64,000 bases of DNA from Eutreptiella sp. 'Long Island Sound 2002'. Its lineage: Eukaryota > Protista > Euglenida. Numbering within the stretch: position 1 is the stretch's first letter; the number at the start of each line of letters is the position of its first letter. The notes beneath the pieces were generated by a model, which worked only from the letters and a program-made list of their open reading frames with translations, ran no database searches and was not told where the DNA came from. Shown here one piece after another: positions 46,177 through 59,895 of this stretch. Both the position numbers and the translations under genes were made by a program. Location of the stretch: contig OZ038379.1 of NCBI GenBank assembly GCA_964036045.1, positions 4,092,001 through 4,156,000 on the forward strand, in the 5' to 3' direction.

Positions 46177-49100
46177 ACCTTATCCCAGGCAATGGCCCCT
46201 ACCTCTTGTGTCCCGTCAAGAAAGAAGGCTGGACACTGCACTGGGGAATCGCGAGAATGCGCCCTGGTTTGGGGTGGATTGCGACTTCCACGGACTACTT
46301 GTGTAGCCAATTGAGTTGTGCGTTCCGTCTCGTATTGGCACTGCAACACAAAAGGGTTTGCTTGGGCCGTAGTGTAAGTATGAGCAGCCTCAGTGCGCGA
46401 GATGTCAGTGGTATTCGGAACAAGTTGGTTTCGCATCGCAGTCACCCAGGCTTGACACGCTTGCGTAGTGGCAGCCCAGAACCCCAGAGGCCTCAATCTT
46501 TGTTGTAAAAAAAGTTGACGGCCGCTTTATATTGTTTGTGGCACGGTGAGATTGTAAGGGCGTTGGAGTAGGCCAGTGATTAAAATAGCACATTCGCGTC
46601 CGAGAGTTCCCGGGTTCGGATCCCGGAAGCCCCGACAATGCACAAGTGTACCATAGAACGCACTGAATGTCCGCGGACAGCAGTTGCCCGGTGGCACTGT
46701 GGTGCCACTGGCCTAGCCCACTACTTTTTGAAGACACTGAGTGCATGCATGCACTATTGCGATTATGTGGTTACACCACTCGATGTAGGCAGGCGTATCA
46801 TTGCACACTGCCTCATTGCCGCATGCAGCCGGCAGCGCACCCACCCTCGAACCACCGCGTCCTGCGCTGCTCCTGCGCTGTCCAGGCTCTGCTCAATGGC
46901 TTGCTTTAGGTGCGAAGGTGGTTGAAAATGTCGTTCCGTGCGTCCTGCGGCTTCTGCGGGTTGCTTCACGAAGCACCGCCTACGTGCTAAAAAAGCCGCG
47001 GGCACCTGCTGTATTCCTGCGTATGCTTTCACCGCTGCCTGCCTCAGGTGAGATCGTGTTCGAGTTGTGTGGAGTGCAGAGCACTCCAACATTTTATCAT
47101 TTTCCTGTTCGTGGTCAACCCCCGAAGCTCTTCCTGCGGTCCCATCCCAAGAATCGCCTGGACCCACCAGTGATTTCGGTCGGCCAGGTCGGGTGCATAC
47201 AAGTTACTTCATACCAGACGTCGTCTTTTGCTGCTGAGCCACTTGGCCCGCCCGCTGGCCCCCAAGGTGTGCAGTTGGATGGTTCACCCCCAGCCCGTGC
47301 TGAGAGAGGAGCTGTAGACAGAGACCTGAGCACACAGAACCCTCATCACTGGCTGTGTCTGGCTATTCAAACCACTCTCTGTGCAGGGCTTCCCCACCGA
47401 GAGTGGCTTGGTTACTATCTGGGACTTTCCGCCAAACTTACCATTGCTTTTTAATGATCTCTGCTTGCCCAAGAATAGTTACGATCGTCCCTGCTTGTCC
47501 TGAAAAAGGTGACGCTTGGCCCCGCTTGTCCCGCCAAGCACTAGCTCCAAGTCTGGCTGTTACCTCCAACGTGTACTTCCCGACTTCTGTTGCAGCATGT
47601 GATGCAGACTGGGCCTCTCATGGAGGACATTGCTACAAATATTTCCCGGTCCAGCTCAACTACCACGAAGCTGAAAGCAAGTGCGCCGAGGAAGGTGCCT
47701 CGGCGGTCCACATCGCCAACGCGGATGAAAACGCATTCGTGGGAACGTTACTGCCCCAGGCAGAGAAATCTTGGGTGTGGACGTCCAATCCAGTAGACGT
47801 TGACAAATATCACAATTATTGGCCAGGCCGCCGTGAGTGTATTCGATTCTTCTCGTGGGTTTGGTTTACGAATGAAGATGCTTCGGATGAAGGCTTCTTC
47901 AAGAACACGCCCGACTCGAGCCAGCAAGCCAGTTACGTCTGCGAAAAGGAGGCACCTACAGGTACACGGATAGGATGAGTAAGGATCTATGACACAACTT
48001 CGTTTTTGTGGAAACGATTATTGAGCTACGTGTGCGCCAAGGTAAAGAAGCTTCAGTGGACATCCATAGCATTGCAAAGTAGTGAAAGCACGCTGTGTCT
48101 TCTGATTTTGCCTCAAAATGCCGTGAATGTATCCCTGTACCTCACCAATTGGTCGAACTCTCTTTGGTCGAGATCACCACAAACGTTTTCATGGAGATAT
48201 CGTCGGATAGCAGCCCTGCATTTAGTATCATTCCAGCTTCATGGTGTGAAACCGTAAGAGGCGGCATGACACGACTGGTAATGGGCTACAAACACAGGCA
48301 TGACAAGCTTGACACGCGACACCGACACCACACCTTGAAAGACACACCATGTCTCCCACGATGAATTCTGGGTGGTGGTTGATTATTTCGCAACGGTTGC
48401 GAACACCCTTCTGATTTTCCTGGTCACAGATTTCTGCGACTACCCCCTGATACTCATTGTTGGTGTGCCACATGACGACGCTGGATACACGGCGTCCATC
48501 TTCTCCGACATCAGAAAGTATTTGAAGGCCCGAGTCAAGACGCATTTGAAGTGCAATCCCAATGGCTGGATTGGGATTGAGAAATTTGCCAATGCTCAAT
48601 GGTTGGCATGCCCCATGAGCAGTGATGCTGATGAACTCCTGAACTGCATTGACGGCATCCCCTCGGCCCGAATGCACAGTCTTCCACACGCGGGATTCAG
48701 TATGCCTCATGACACCAAGGAAAACAGCATCGGATTGATGCCGGCTGTCGCGCATGCACTTACAGCCGTAGAGCATTGGTATTTTTATGAGCTGGATCGT
48801 ATCCGGTTTCCAGACGTACTCGATCTATGGGTTATGGAAGGTGTGCGTCAACCTCTTCCCCACGAGCAAACTAGAGGGGGAATGGTCTGGGTGCGTTTCG
48901 CCATCTAGACTATTCTGCCCACACCCTGAGCCTTTTCTGCCACTGTCACTGTTATCCGCTGAAACACGTCCAGAATTGCCACTTGCAGTAACAAGTGAGG
49001 ACGAGAACGGAACCTTTGCCTGAGACCGTGATGTGGTGTGGGTGCAAGGGACTCCCATATCAGTTGGTCGATGATGATGCATTTACCTTGGGAGAGAGGA

Positions 49101-52100
49101 TACATCTGCTTTGCTTGTGCACCCGACCTCCTCCCCTACCCTCTTGTGCCCACCACTTCGGCAGCCTCCTTCCTCCGCCTGCACACCCATGCTTGCGCTA
49201 TTCCTGCCGCCGCACCACCCGTGCATTTGATGAGTTACCATCTGTAGTTGTGTGTGTTTCTGTGTGTGTGCGCTGGACGCGCTGTGCCCTGTAGCTCACC
49301 TACCGAAGGGCAGGTAGACGCGGTTTTGGCTCTGTTCCTGCACCCTGAGTCTCTCCCTGGGCCTGCTGTGCGCACCCGATTGATCTTCCAATATCCAAAA
49401 AGAGTTGCGGCACATCTCAGAGCAATAGCACGGGCATGTGTTGGCCGCCGAAACGTGAATCTTCACCCAAACCACCCTGCCTTTCCCTCTGAGGCAAAAT
49501 GCCTGGCAATGCTGCGCGCCATTGATGTTACATTTGGGGATGCGGATCCCCCTGGGCCCTGTGTGACAGTTCCCACATCATTTGTGGTGGTGAGCACCCT
49601 CCAATTCTTCAGTGTATTGGGAACGACTGAGTGTGACGCCTGCGTGGGCGTGGGAGTGAACGCCACGGAAGCAGAAGCAGCACCGGTGAGCAGAGGCACA
49701 ACTGCCGTGTAACAACACTCTCGTGTACAAAAATGCGTCCCCCCATTGTCTGGGGACAAACAATGTCAACAATTTCCTCCTGAACCCCCGAAAAAGTGTG
49801 CACACACGGGAATACCAACCAGCACATTTACTGAACCTTTATGCCCCGCTCTTTCTCTGGGCCATATGTAATGGTTTAGTCTGACATGAGATCAGGAGGG
49901 TGCCAGTGCCTTGAAACCCGTCCCCTCTCCCTCCTCTCCTCCACTGGGTGGGTTCTCTTGCTTTGTTGGTGCTCTTCTACACAGTTGTGCTGCCAGGGCC
50001 TTCGAGCAAGCCACCCATGTCAGAAGGCTTTGGCCCAAAGCTTTACGACCCCGTCGACCTCTGGTTCACATACGATATTTATCCCTCAAACTACGGTGTT
50101 ATCGATGGCGGACGTCTTGGGGTAAATGTAGGGCTCGATCCACTTGAGGAGTTCAAAACGACTACGGTCGACGTCAATTTCGGTTCGATGTGGCGCCCAA
50201 TCTGGTTCACGAGCACGTTTGACCCCGTCGATCATTCGTGGCACGTCTCCAATCCGACTGTTCTTGAGCAGTATGGATTCGCTCAGATTCTTACCTGTAT
50301 GTTGTGTGCGCAGACCCTGAGGTAGATGGGAGGCTACTCGTGCAGCCCTGTGGGTAACAGGGCTCTACCCGTGAGGCACGCACAGACCAGGCACATGGCC
50401 TGTGGCAGATAGCACGGCGCTTTGGATTGGAAGGCATGTCTCTCAGGGACGGCCGGTTTTGTGCCAACTTTGTGGGTTTTTGCTGGTCACCGTCATTCTT
50501 GCCTTATTTGTGCTCACTGGGTTTCGAGAGGTAGGGGTATGTGGGGTATATTCAGAAAGCCCTTGAAAAGGGCTATTTGGAACACGGGTCTGCATGCTGT
50601 ACTGACGACATGTTTGAGATTTTCGCCCGTTTTGGACGGTGCCTGTGTTGCTTGCTGCCTCTTTTTGTCAACAGGCAGCTACCATGTCTACATACAGTGC
50701 GAATCCTAAAGATTTGCGAAAATATTTAATTCCCGGCACAGGGTCTTGTTGTCCGCAAAAAAAATAAAACACAAAAAAATATTAATTTTTGGCATCATGC
50801 CTTCCGCAAAAATGGGTTCCGCAAAAAAAATCGCAAAAATAAACTATTTTTTGCCCCTACCCCTCCTTTTGCAAGAATTCCAGAATTTCGGGAGGGATGC
50901 TGAGTTTGCCCCGCTGCTTGTTGCCCCCCCCCCCCCCTTTTCCGTGTTTCATGCCCCATTTTGCACCTTGCTTTGCTTTCAGAGAATGATGAATCAGGGA
51001 CCACGAATCAGGGCATCCAGGATTGTCACAATATTAGGTATTTCAATCCAGATGCTGATGTGCCCAAAAGCAGATAAAAGGGCTGGTTCGGGACATTTGA
51101 TTGCCAGTCCATCTGTGATTCGAATTTGGTTGTTGGTTGTTGGTAAAAAGGAGTAAACCCGCGGGTCGAGGGTTTCTCCTGGGTTTTCATGCACTATTAT
51201 CGGGACGAAATGACAAGGCAGCACTTCACGTGCCATGGGCATTATTATGGATGATTTTGCAACTGGTTTGTTAAAACTGGTAGACCTGAATCATGCTTGT
51301 TGGTGCTTATCTGTGCTATGGACTGCAATCCCAGAGTCCAAGGTACACACAGTCTCTTGCAGTAGCAACAAAAGGAATCAACCCCAATCCCCAAACCGCA
51401 AAAAAAACAAAAAATTTTGGTGCAACACCCTACGTAAAAATGGGTTCCGCAAAAGGAATCGAAAAAATAAAATAATTTTTGCCCATTTTGGATGCCGTTG
51501 CAAAAATTTTGCTTATTATTAATTCAAAACACGCAACGCAAAAATTAGGATTCGACGAATCTTTAGGATTCGCACGGTACAAATTCACTCCATGGGCTGT
51601 TGCTTCCCCAGATGCACCACAAAAGCCTTTGGTTCGCAAAAGGGCACGCTCTGGGGGTGAAACCTGGAGGAAGGTGACTCGGGAGCCTGCCAGGCAGGCC
51701 AAGAAGCCTCGTACAGCCGGTTCGCAGCAACCTTCATGCACCCACAAAGAGCACGACATTCTGACGACCGCTGAGGCCACCGCTTTTGCTGCCCAGTTTT
51801 GGGATGGAAAGACACACCCCACCAAGGCTTCGCAACATATGTCCCTGTCCACAAACAGGGGGATGTCTGCCCTAATGGGGTCCCAGCCCTGCCTGAAAAA
51901 GGGAATGCTGACGATGACAGTGATTCAGAATAAAAATGGATGAATGGTGCAGTGCCATGTTTGTGTGCACCGTCCAATGTGTTGTGCTACGCTGAAAAAT
52001 GTGACCCCCCTAACCCCAACCCATACATTTCTGAAATGGCGTTTTCTTGCAGATTTCAAAAAGTATACACATACCCCCCCCCCCCCCCCCTCGGTGGTTT

Positions 52101-55100
52101 GCATTTGTCTGTTTTTTAATTGGGTCACTCCCCCCCTCGGTGACGACACGCTTGCACATGGAAGCAAAACTCGTAGAAAATGCCGAAAAGTGCCAAAACT
52201 CACAAAGTTGGCATATTCTGAATGTCCCCGAGAGATGTGTTTTCGGCCACTGGGCACGCACAGATCACGGCATGCCCCCTAAAACTGGGCACAAAGTTTG
52301 AAATCACAACTGGGCTACAAGTCATGCACAGGCGTGTGGGAGGGGGTATTTGGGCAGGGTTTCGAGTGCATTGCACTGGGGAGGGCCCGGTAGTATCGGA
52401 CAGTGTGGTAAATGGGTGTGTGTAGGTCGCCTTCTTCGGCGTTTTTCCCACGGTGGGGACACCCCGGTAGACACCCCAGACCGGATTTTTAGCGCTGAGC
52501 CCCAGGCAATTTGGGGCTCCGGCTACGGAGTAACGCCAAGTACAAGGCAAATAGTGCAAAGAAGATGGCCCACATGTCTAAAGGTGCAAAAATCCTGACA
52601 ATTCTTCGTAAAATTGTGTCGTCCAAAAATCGCAATACACCCCCCCCCTCCCCGGTTGCACACGATCCTGTTCCATGCGCGGCAACCGCCCGAGGTTGAA
52701 GAGCGAGGCCTGAGGGCAAGGGAAACCAAATCCAAACGCCTCTGCCCTTGGGCAGAGGCAGGTTGGAACAGCATTCAGTCGTCAGCGCAGGGCAGGGAGG
52801 TTTCAGACAAGCCCAATCCCTGAGGCTGAATCATGGCAGGAGGGGTCAGGCATTTGGGAGGGGGGGGGAAGGTTTGCACCTAGGGCCTAGGGGGGGTTCG
52901 TTCGAGCCCCCTGAAGGAGGGGGTTGTGAAAGGGCCTTGCGTGCCTGACAGGACCGTTGTTGCAGCTAGGGGACTTTGGCGCCAAAGGCGCCAGAATTTT
53001 TTTTTTAAAACGGTTCCCCAACATATCTACAACCAAAATGATCAGCCTGACGTGGGGATCACTGTGAGTCACTGTGAGTGTTGGGGTCGCCCCCCCCACC
53101 CCCCAAACCGGACCTAGTGGCCCGAGGTCCCTTCGGGTGGTTGGTACGGTCCCCGTCAACAGAGCCCTTGAAGGGGATGCAGGGGTCTCAGAAAGGGGCT
53201 CCAATGCCCTCCCCCATGCCCAAATCTTTCTTCATCCACCATTTCTTTCACGGACCCACCCTGTGCGAAGCTATGCACTCTCCAGAATGCAGCTCCTGGG
53301 AATGGCACTGCTGCAGTACGAGGCCAAGCGTGGGCCAGTGACCTGAAAATGTCAGTTTCTGTGTGATGTTGGGGTTGAAGGGTGTTGCCGCGTTGTATTT
53401 GTGACGGTGGTATAGCGCAAACGGGTTCACCGTTCCCACGTTTCACCTCACCTCTGTCGATTTGTTTGGCCGCTGCGATGTTTGCATTTCTGATGTGCTT
53501 TGTGGATTACCAGTAGTTCAGAGGTGCAGCACCGCCAAGCGACAGTCGCTATCATTTGGGAACAGGGGAAGCCACCCGACTTAACCATCGGTCAATGGAG
53601 GCGCATATCAGCTTCTCGTACCATTTGCAGGCAGACACCATTGTGATAATGATGATTGCCCTGGCAATGATGTAAAAGGAAAATATGTCACCTTTGTGTG
53701 TCCATATCTATCAACGCTTATGGAGCACTGTTATAAGTGCCATGGTGGCTCATGGGTGACAACGGATGAGTGGCAACCCGATGAAGTGGTGATCTGTGAT
53801 GGATGGACACAAGAGATCATTGAGCGGCAGTGCAGTACTCCACACTACATTGAAGGTGTATGGTGCAGGCGTTTCTTGAATTTTTTTGTGTCAATGCAGA
53901 AGTCCTACTGGTCGCCCCTCACCCCAGCCCACCCTTGCATTTCACTGATGGGATCAGACTCTGTGCGGTCAAGGCAAGTAGCCAGCAGCCCAACACCAAA
54001 ACGTGCGCAGGTGGTGCGGGGCAGATCAGGAGAGTGGCAGCATCCGGAATGAGGATGTTATCTGGGTGGTTGCGGGCGGTTGGGTGATTCGGCCTGGGTG
54101 GGTGGGTCCCTCAGACTAGACTTGCCACTAGCACCGGCCAGCTCAGACATGATCAGATGGAGCAGGGTCCTTTTGAGCCACACACTGGACGCAGCACGTT
54201 TCTACTGAGTTCCGGTGGTGCAGGGGGCAGGTATTACTGAGTGGCCTTTGATACGGGGCCGATTGCTGCTGAGAACCAGTTTCCCTGCCAGACGCTAATG
54301 GCGTGTCTGCTTCAGACCCCCCCCCCCCTCCTCTCATGGTTAAGCACATCCCTGGGTAAGACCCTTTGTGGTTTCCAGATTTGGCAAATTAACAAGCAAC
54401 AAGCCTCAGGCACCTCCTCTCACACATGAGACAGGATTTGGGTGTGCATTTGGACATTTCGCAGAATGACTGTCCACAAAGCACCAAAATTTGGGCGCGC
54501 CGAAACTCTCCCAACGCGAAATTTTCCCCGCCGAAAATGACCCCTCACCAAATCGTCTCTTTACCTGTATTGATGGGCTGGCGCAAACTTGGCGCAAACT
54601 TGTCTCCCTGTCTCATGTTGTCGTCCGTAGATCACCCATGGTCACACAACAATTAATATGTCGGTCCGAACTGACTCCTAATAAAGGCGCAGCAGCACAA
54701 CGGTACCCGCACACTCTCTGTTGGTGGGTTCCCCGGCAGTACCAGTCGGGGGATGAGACAATGCGCTTTTGCTGACTCAGTCAAAAACGACATTTGTGCT
54801 GGTTATCCCACGCCCGGCGGACCTGGGAACACCCATTCCCCTGTGTTCTGGGCATCATTTGGTGTCCCAAGAGTATGACACACACACTATCGGCATCTCA
54901 AGGAGAAGCAGAAATTAGCTGATGGACAGAAGAGATGGCGGATTTCCGAACGGGCTCTGTCATGATTTTCCAAAAAAGAAAGAAAACGTGCCCACGGAAG
55001 GTTCCAGGTGTTGCATGGCAGGTCAACCGTCTCCGGCATGTGCGACCCTCACCATTTGCGCCAAGTTGGGTGGGCAAATCTTTGCAAGCCGAAATGCATA

Positions 55101-55782
55101 TTGCTGATTAGGCGTGTTCTCTACGCCCGGATTACTGGTGAAGCATTCACACGGCTGACAAGCCATGGTAAAGCAGGTTCATATCCGCAGTGGGGCGGCA
55201 GGTGGGTCTACTCTGACCCGAACACAGGGACGGGAGGAAAGTGGAAACGGGCACACCAGTGTTTGATTTGGCATAGTGGTAGGGCAATGGCGCCGAAAGA
55301 ATGTCCTCCCGTCGCAAAAGACTCACCACCGAACAGAGAAAAAAGGAATGACCAAAATTCCACCCCCTTCCCAATCTTCAACCCCCCCCCCCCCCCTCTC
55401 TGGCCATGTTCTGACCCCCACCTGGTCTATCCTGTCGTACTCAGCTGTACCCGTTGCTTTGACCTTATCGACATTTTCATTGTGCCCCCCCAAATGTGAC
55501 TCCTGTCAATGTTAGTGTCAGAGATTCCTGCTGTTGATTCTTTGGCATTCCATTTTGCAGCCTGCTTCAAACATGGCACCACATACAGTATTGCTGGTGT
55601 TGATCCGATCCAAGCCAAGAGTGCATTGGACTGTCAACAACAATGTTTCGCGCAAGACGGATGCAATTATTTCACATATTCAGAGGACGAGGCAAGCCTA
55701 CCAAATGCATGCTGGCTGCTTGAACACATCGGAGGTGTCTCAGAGAAATCCCATTTCATCTCGGGCGATAAGGAGTGCGCAG
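45006..55782 (+). CDS. Large secreted/surface mosaic protein (signal peptide, unknown domain, C-type lectin, VWA-like, unknown, Sushi-like, PAN/Apple); 3' end not resolved
   Basis: Exons 45006-45078, 45376-45450, 45622-45954, 47048-47266, 47596-47961, 48430-48840, 49985-50296, 53631-53855, 55561-55782. All GT-AG, all introns phase 1, joining into one open frame. Extra exons between them cannot be excluded. Confidence 0.7.
45376..45954 (+). CDS. Exons 2-3 (45376-45450, 45622-45954): unidentified N-terminal domain
   Basis: VDLQELQNLGVLKLNQNNDVVQDFK|CNFHGNGKRENDEVLFQWVDNIKSLP...NEMIEMHE; phase 1-1. Confidence 0.65.
47596..47961 (+). CDS. C-type lectin-like domain exon
   Basis: CDADWASHGGHCYKYFPVQLNYHEAESKCAEEGASAVHIANADENAFV...SWVW...YVCEK. 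Confidence 0.9.
48430..48840 (+). CDS. VWA-like domain exon (no DxSxS MIDAS motif)
   Basis: CDYPLILIVG...WIGIEKFANAQWLACPMSSDADELLNCIDGIP. Confidence 0.65.
49985..50296 (+). CDS. Exon, aromatic beta-rich unidentified domain
   Basis: Acceptor ctacacag|, donor T|GTATGT; LWFTYDIYPSNYGVIDGGRLGVNVGLDP...WRPIWFTS. Confidence 0.65.
50740..51560. repeat. AT-rich intronic repeat with CCGCAAAA subterminal motifs (MITE-like, two related blocks)
   Basis: aaaatgggttccgcaaaa...atcg.aaaaataaa..atttttgccc at about 50808 and 51437. Confidence 0.5.
53631..53855 (+). CDS. Cys-rich Sushi/CCP-like exon
   Basis: CDNDDCPGNDVKGKYVTFVCPYLSTLMEHCYKCHGGSWVTT...VICD; phase 1-1, ccatttgcag| acceptor. Confidence 0.6.
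55561..55782 (+). CDS. PAN/Apple domain exon
   Basis: CFKHGTTYS...SALDCQQQCFAQDGCNYFTY...CWLL...FISGDKEC. Confidence 0.88.
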
Positions 55783-58019
55783 GTGTGCAATGTTTTTGGT
55801 GGATCCGCTTGATGATCCCCCGCTCCTGCGGGGGTGGCAGTGTGTATTCCCAGTGGTGGGTGGGATCGTTCACCAAGGATCCACTTAATATTGTGTGCTG
55901 GGGATGGGTCCAATTCAACAACCATGGCCAAGGAGGTGATTTCACGAGGAATTGCATCCTACAAATCCTACAAATCTCTACGCTGTTTTGCAGCAGCGTT
56001 AATACAAGGTGGGGTACACTTGTGCCGGCAAGAAATATGGCAAAAGTTTGTGGGTTGGACTCTCCTGCATTGGGCTGTGACGCTCATTTCTGCATTAGGG
56101 TTGGCCCCTGAAGAGTGCTATTTGCAATCCTGGAGTTTGTGCACGTTGTGCAGGTGGTATTGCTGGGTTGCCGCTGCACGTGTGGGTAAAGGGATGACCC
56201 ATCTGTAACCGCCACCGTGTGCTCTAAAGTGGCGTTCCCCTTGTTGTCTTTGCCCGCAGGTTGCGACCCAGTGTGCGGGCTCCTTGTCTAAGACCCACCG
56301 GATATTGGTGCTCATCAGTGCATTGCGAACTGAAATTCTGCACGAGTGACCAGCACAGGCTATTGCTTAGTGTGGTGGACGCCCTACCTGGGGGGGGGGG
56401 GGTCAAAGGCATTTTTCATTGATTTTGGGACCCCCTCCGGGGGGGGGGGTGCTGGGTTTGCTGTGGTCTGCAACTTGACAAGGAGACCCAAGGCAAAAAG
56501 CGCAAGTGAGCTGCTACCCAGCCTGCACCGTGTTGTCCAGCAATAAGGATTGAAGTGTGGAGATGGATCCTCTTCCAACCCACACTCGGAGTGATTAACT
56601 TCCCCTTCTGTGACAAGCAATCATCATGGGGTTCGGGGCACCACCAGTGTTCCAAAGAGCGTGGCGTCCTTGCTCCGAACTACAGCCAATGGGCCAGCAG
56701 AGCATGGGTTCATCCCCTGCCCCCCCTCAGGGAATGGGAGTGGGTTGGTGGGTTGTGGCTGGGTGGGTGGTGGGTCATCTCCAGCCCCTGAGCCCCCCCC
56801 CCCCTTTCCTGGGGTTACTAAGCGATAGCCTGAACCAGCACCACAAAGCAGGGCTTTTTTTTTGCGTCAAATGCAGAATACTTGCTCCGCAGACAAACCC
56901 GTAGCTGCGCCAGAAAGAGTGGCACCGGTGTTGCTCAAGGATGGGCGGGCCATCAGGTTCCATCCCCTCTAGTGCAGGTAAAATGGTGTGCTGACTCGCT
57001 CACCAACTTGTTGGCCTGGAATTTCGCCGCGTTTTTGGGGGGGGAGGGTTGGACTTTTTGCCATGGTCACGCGTTGGTCATGATTCTTGTTCACTTCCCC
57101 TCCCCTTGCTTTGTTTGCTGGCTCCACTTTTCTATGCAGATGGATCTTCCTTACCGTAATACCATGCAGTTCACCGTGGCCAACAAAATTGCTGCTTTGG
57201 GCCAACTTGCATATGGCTGGCATCATTTTTCATGTGGCACAATGGGGCCACCCCAAAATGTGGGTGCAGTTTCAGGGGTCAGCACAATTTTAGCTGTGTT
57301 GGGCGGGAAAGTGCTGAATGCTTCTGAAGTGCTCAATGGGTTTCTCCACCATGTTTGTGGATACGTCGTTGCCAAGGCCCCCCATCACGCAACCAGCTGT
57401 TCGCAGCAGGTAGTCACAACCTGTTGGCCCTGTTTTTGACAGGAACAACGTGGGATACACCAGCCTTTCTGCTCAGTTGTTATGTTGTCTTGTATCGAAA
57501 ACCATGTGGCAGGTACAAGATGCCCACATGCCACCTCTCTGCTCAGCCTGCTGTACATCGGCATTTGTTTTGAAACTGAACCTATTGTGGTGCTGGGCAT
57601 ACAATCCGCCACAATGTCGTTTATGACCCTGTGATCTGGTGATCTTGTCGAGAGCTGGTGTTCGTGCGAAGCATATTTGCTCTCTTGTAGCAATGTGCCA
57701 TTCTTGTGAGTAGCTTTCCTTCCTGCTGGTGTGCTGATTGACCATTGGCCTTTTGTGTCACCATGATGGCAGGGTTTCCTCAGGGTGCACCCAAGATGAT
57801 TGCGGTGGCCCTGTTGGCGGCTGCTTTGGAGAACAAGGGGAAACAATACCCAATGATACTGAAATTGGTTCCGACCAGAGAGAAACAACACTTTCTGCAC
57901 GACGCTGATGACAATGATCCCAGAAGTGGTTGATTGTCAATTACTTCTCTCTGACCCAGACAGTGCGCATCTACTCTGCAGAGGCGCATGCTGGTGTGAC
58001 CAATCAGACATTCTGGAAT

Positions 58020-59895
58020 GAGTTTCTTTTTTTTTGTGCATTGTAGCAGTACAGTGACCTTCGCGACATCTTCTCTGGTGGTTTGATTTCATTTCGAAGA
58101 TATTAACCGATGGCGTGCATACAGTCGGATTCCTTGGCAATGCACTTTTGGAAAACTATTTCAGCAGCTGGCTGAATTGATCCGAGTGTGCATGTGAGTA
58201 TCCCTGTTTTTTTTCTGCCTGCAATTCCTCAGTTTCTTGGTTTTGTTCAGCCCTGTTTCATGTTTCAAGGGTCTGTGCAGTTTATTTTCTTGACGTCCGC
58301 CCGTTATTGCTCCAGTTTCCACAGTTTGAGTGGTGTGTGAAAGGATCGCCATCCACGCATACAACATACGATGGTGTGACAATCAGATACCCTGGAACGA
58401 GGGTTGTTTTTTCTGGTGCATTGTAGCAATACAGTGCCCTTCGCGACATCTTTTTCGTGCCTCTCATGAGCATTTGGTGGTTTGATTTGATTTCTGCTGC
58501 GAAGATTTTGATTGGGTGTACACAGTTTTCCGGAATGTATTCATTCTGGTGCCCCTTCATTTGTGCGATGAGTGTGTCCAGCCACCACCTTCCTTTGATA
58601 CCCCTCTCCCTTCATACCTCTCTCCTGAATGTGCTTCAGTTGTTGTGCTCTTGTATCCTAGTTAGGTCAGTAGCTCCACAGACAGTCAAAACTAAGCGAT
58701 GACAAACCACACTTTGGAAAACTACTTCAGCGGCTGCATTGATCCGAGTTTGCATCTGATTCTCGCTGTTTTTGGTGCATTCAGTTTGTCGGTTTTTTTG
58801 CATCCCACATTGATGTGCAGTCTTTTGTCCAGTTTTCTTGACGTCCGCGTGCCAATGCTCCAGTTTCCACAGTTTGAGTGGTGTGTGAAAGGATCGCCAT
58901 CCACGCATGCAACCTATGATGGTGTTCCAAATTAGCCACCCTGGAACGGTTTTTTTTTGGTGCATAGTAGCAGTGCAGTGACCTTCGCGACATCTTGTTT
59001 GTTTCTCGTGAGCATTTGGTGGTCTGATTTCATTTTTGCTTGCAAGATTTTGATTGGGTGTGCGCAGTCAGTTTTTTTCACAATGTATTCATTCTGGTGC
59101 CCCTTCGTTTCTGCGACAAGGGCAAGTGCACCTACACAGTGCAGCCAATTTTTCACCTCTCCTTCACGCCCCTCACCTGACTGTGTTTCAGTTGTTGCTC
59201 TCCCGTATCTTTGTGGTTAGAAGTGCATTGCAGCCTCTGTACCGATGCCAAGCAACACCCTGCTGGGGACCTTGTGTGAGGATCCTGAGCATGAGCAGTA
59301 TGTGATACCCTGGGGGTGCTGTCAGAGCCCACCAGGTTGACGCCACTGTCATATGCCGCTGTGCCTCACAAGAAATCAGACAGTACAGGACCCTCACCCG
59401 ATATACCGCCGTGCCTCACAACAAATCAGACAGTACAGGACCCTCACCTACACTGTCTCATGGATACAGCATGGAAGCCCCACCTGGGAAAGGTACGTGT
59501 ACCACAGGTGTCATGGTATACCTACCCACCTATTCGACAGTGAAAGGCATGTGATTCCAAGCTGTAAAAGGTATTACCATTGCACATCCTGCACCGTGCC
59601 CTTTTATCATTGGCATCAATGTCCCCTATCTCCAATCAAATGATGATAGGGTGCCTGCCACCGTCATCTCCGCCTCCAAGTGTGGGCGTACGTGAGCATT
59701 GTTTGTCTCAACACGTTCCGCAGTGCGCGTGCAGTGCAAGTAATCCCCCTTTGTATATTAGTTAGGTCAGTAGTGCCACAGACAGTCGAAAGTAAGTGGT
59801 TTTCCATGACCAACCACATGTTGGAACACTACTCTAGCAGCTGGTGGGCTGCATTGATCCGAGTTTGCATCTGATTGTCGTTGTTTTTGGTGCAA
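58020..59895. repeat. Degenerate tandem segmental duplication (about 550-bp units, 3-4 partial copies), with 44-bp direct repeats at 59356-59448
   Basis: gtgcat(t/a)gtagca.t.cagtg.ccttcgcgacatc at about 58035, 58415 and 58960; ggaa.actac.t.cagc..ctg..ttgatccgagt at about 58150, 58715 and 59820. Confidence 0.75.

Noticed and set aside
49248-49712. Additional exon of the secreted protein
   Set aside because: No acceptor/donor pair with phase 1 at both ends and a convincing peptide was found; left unassigned.
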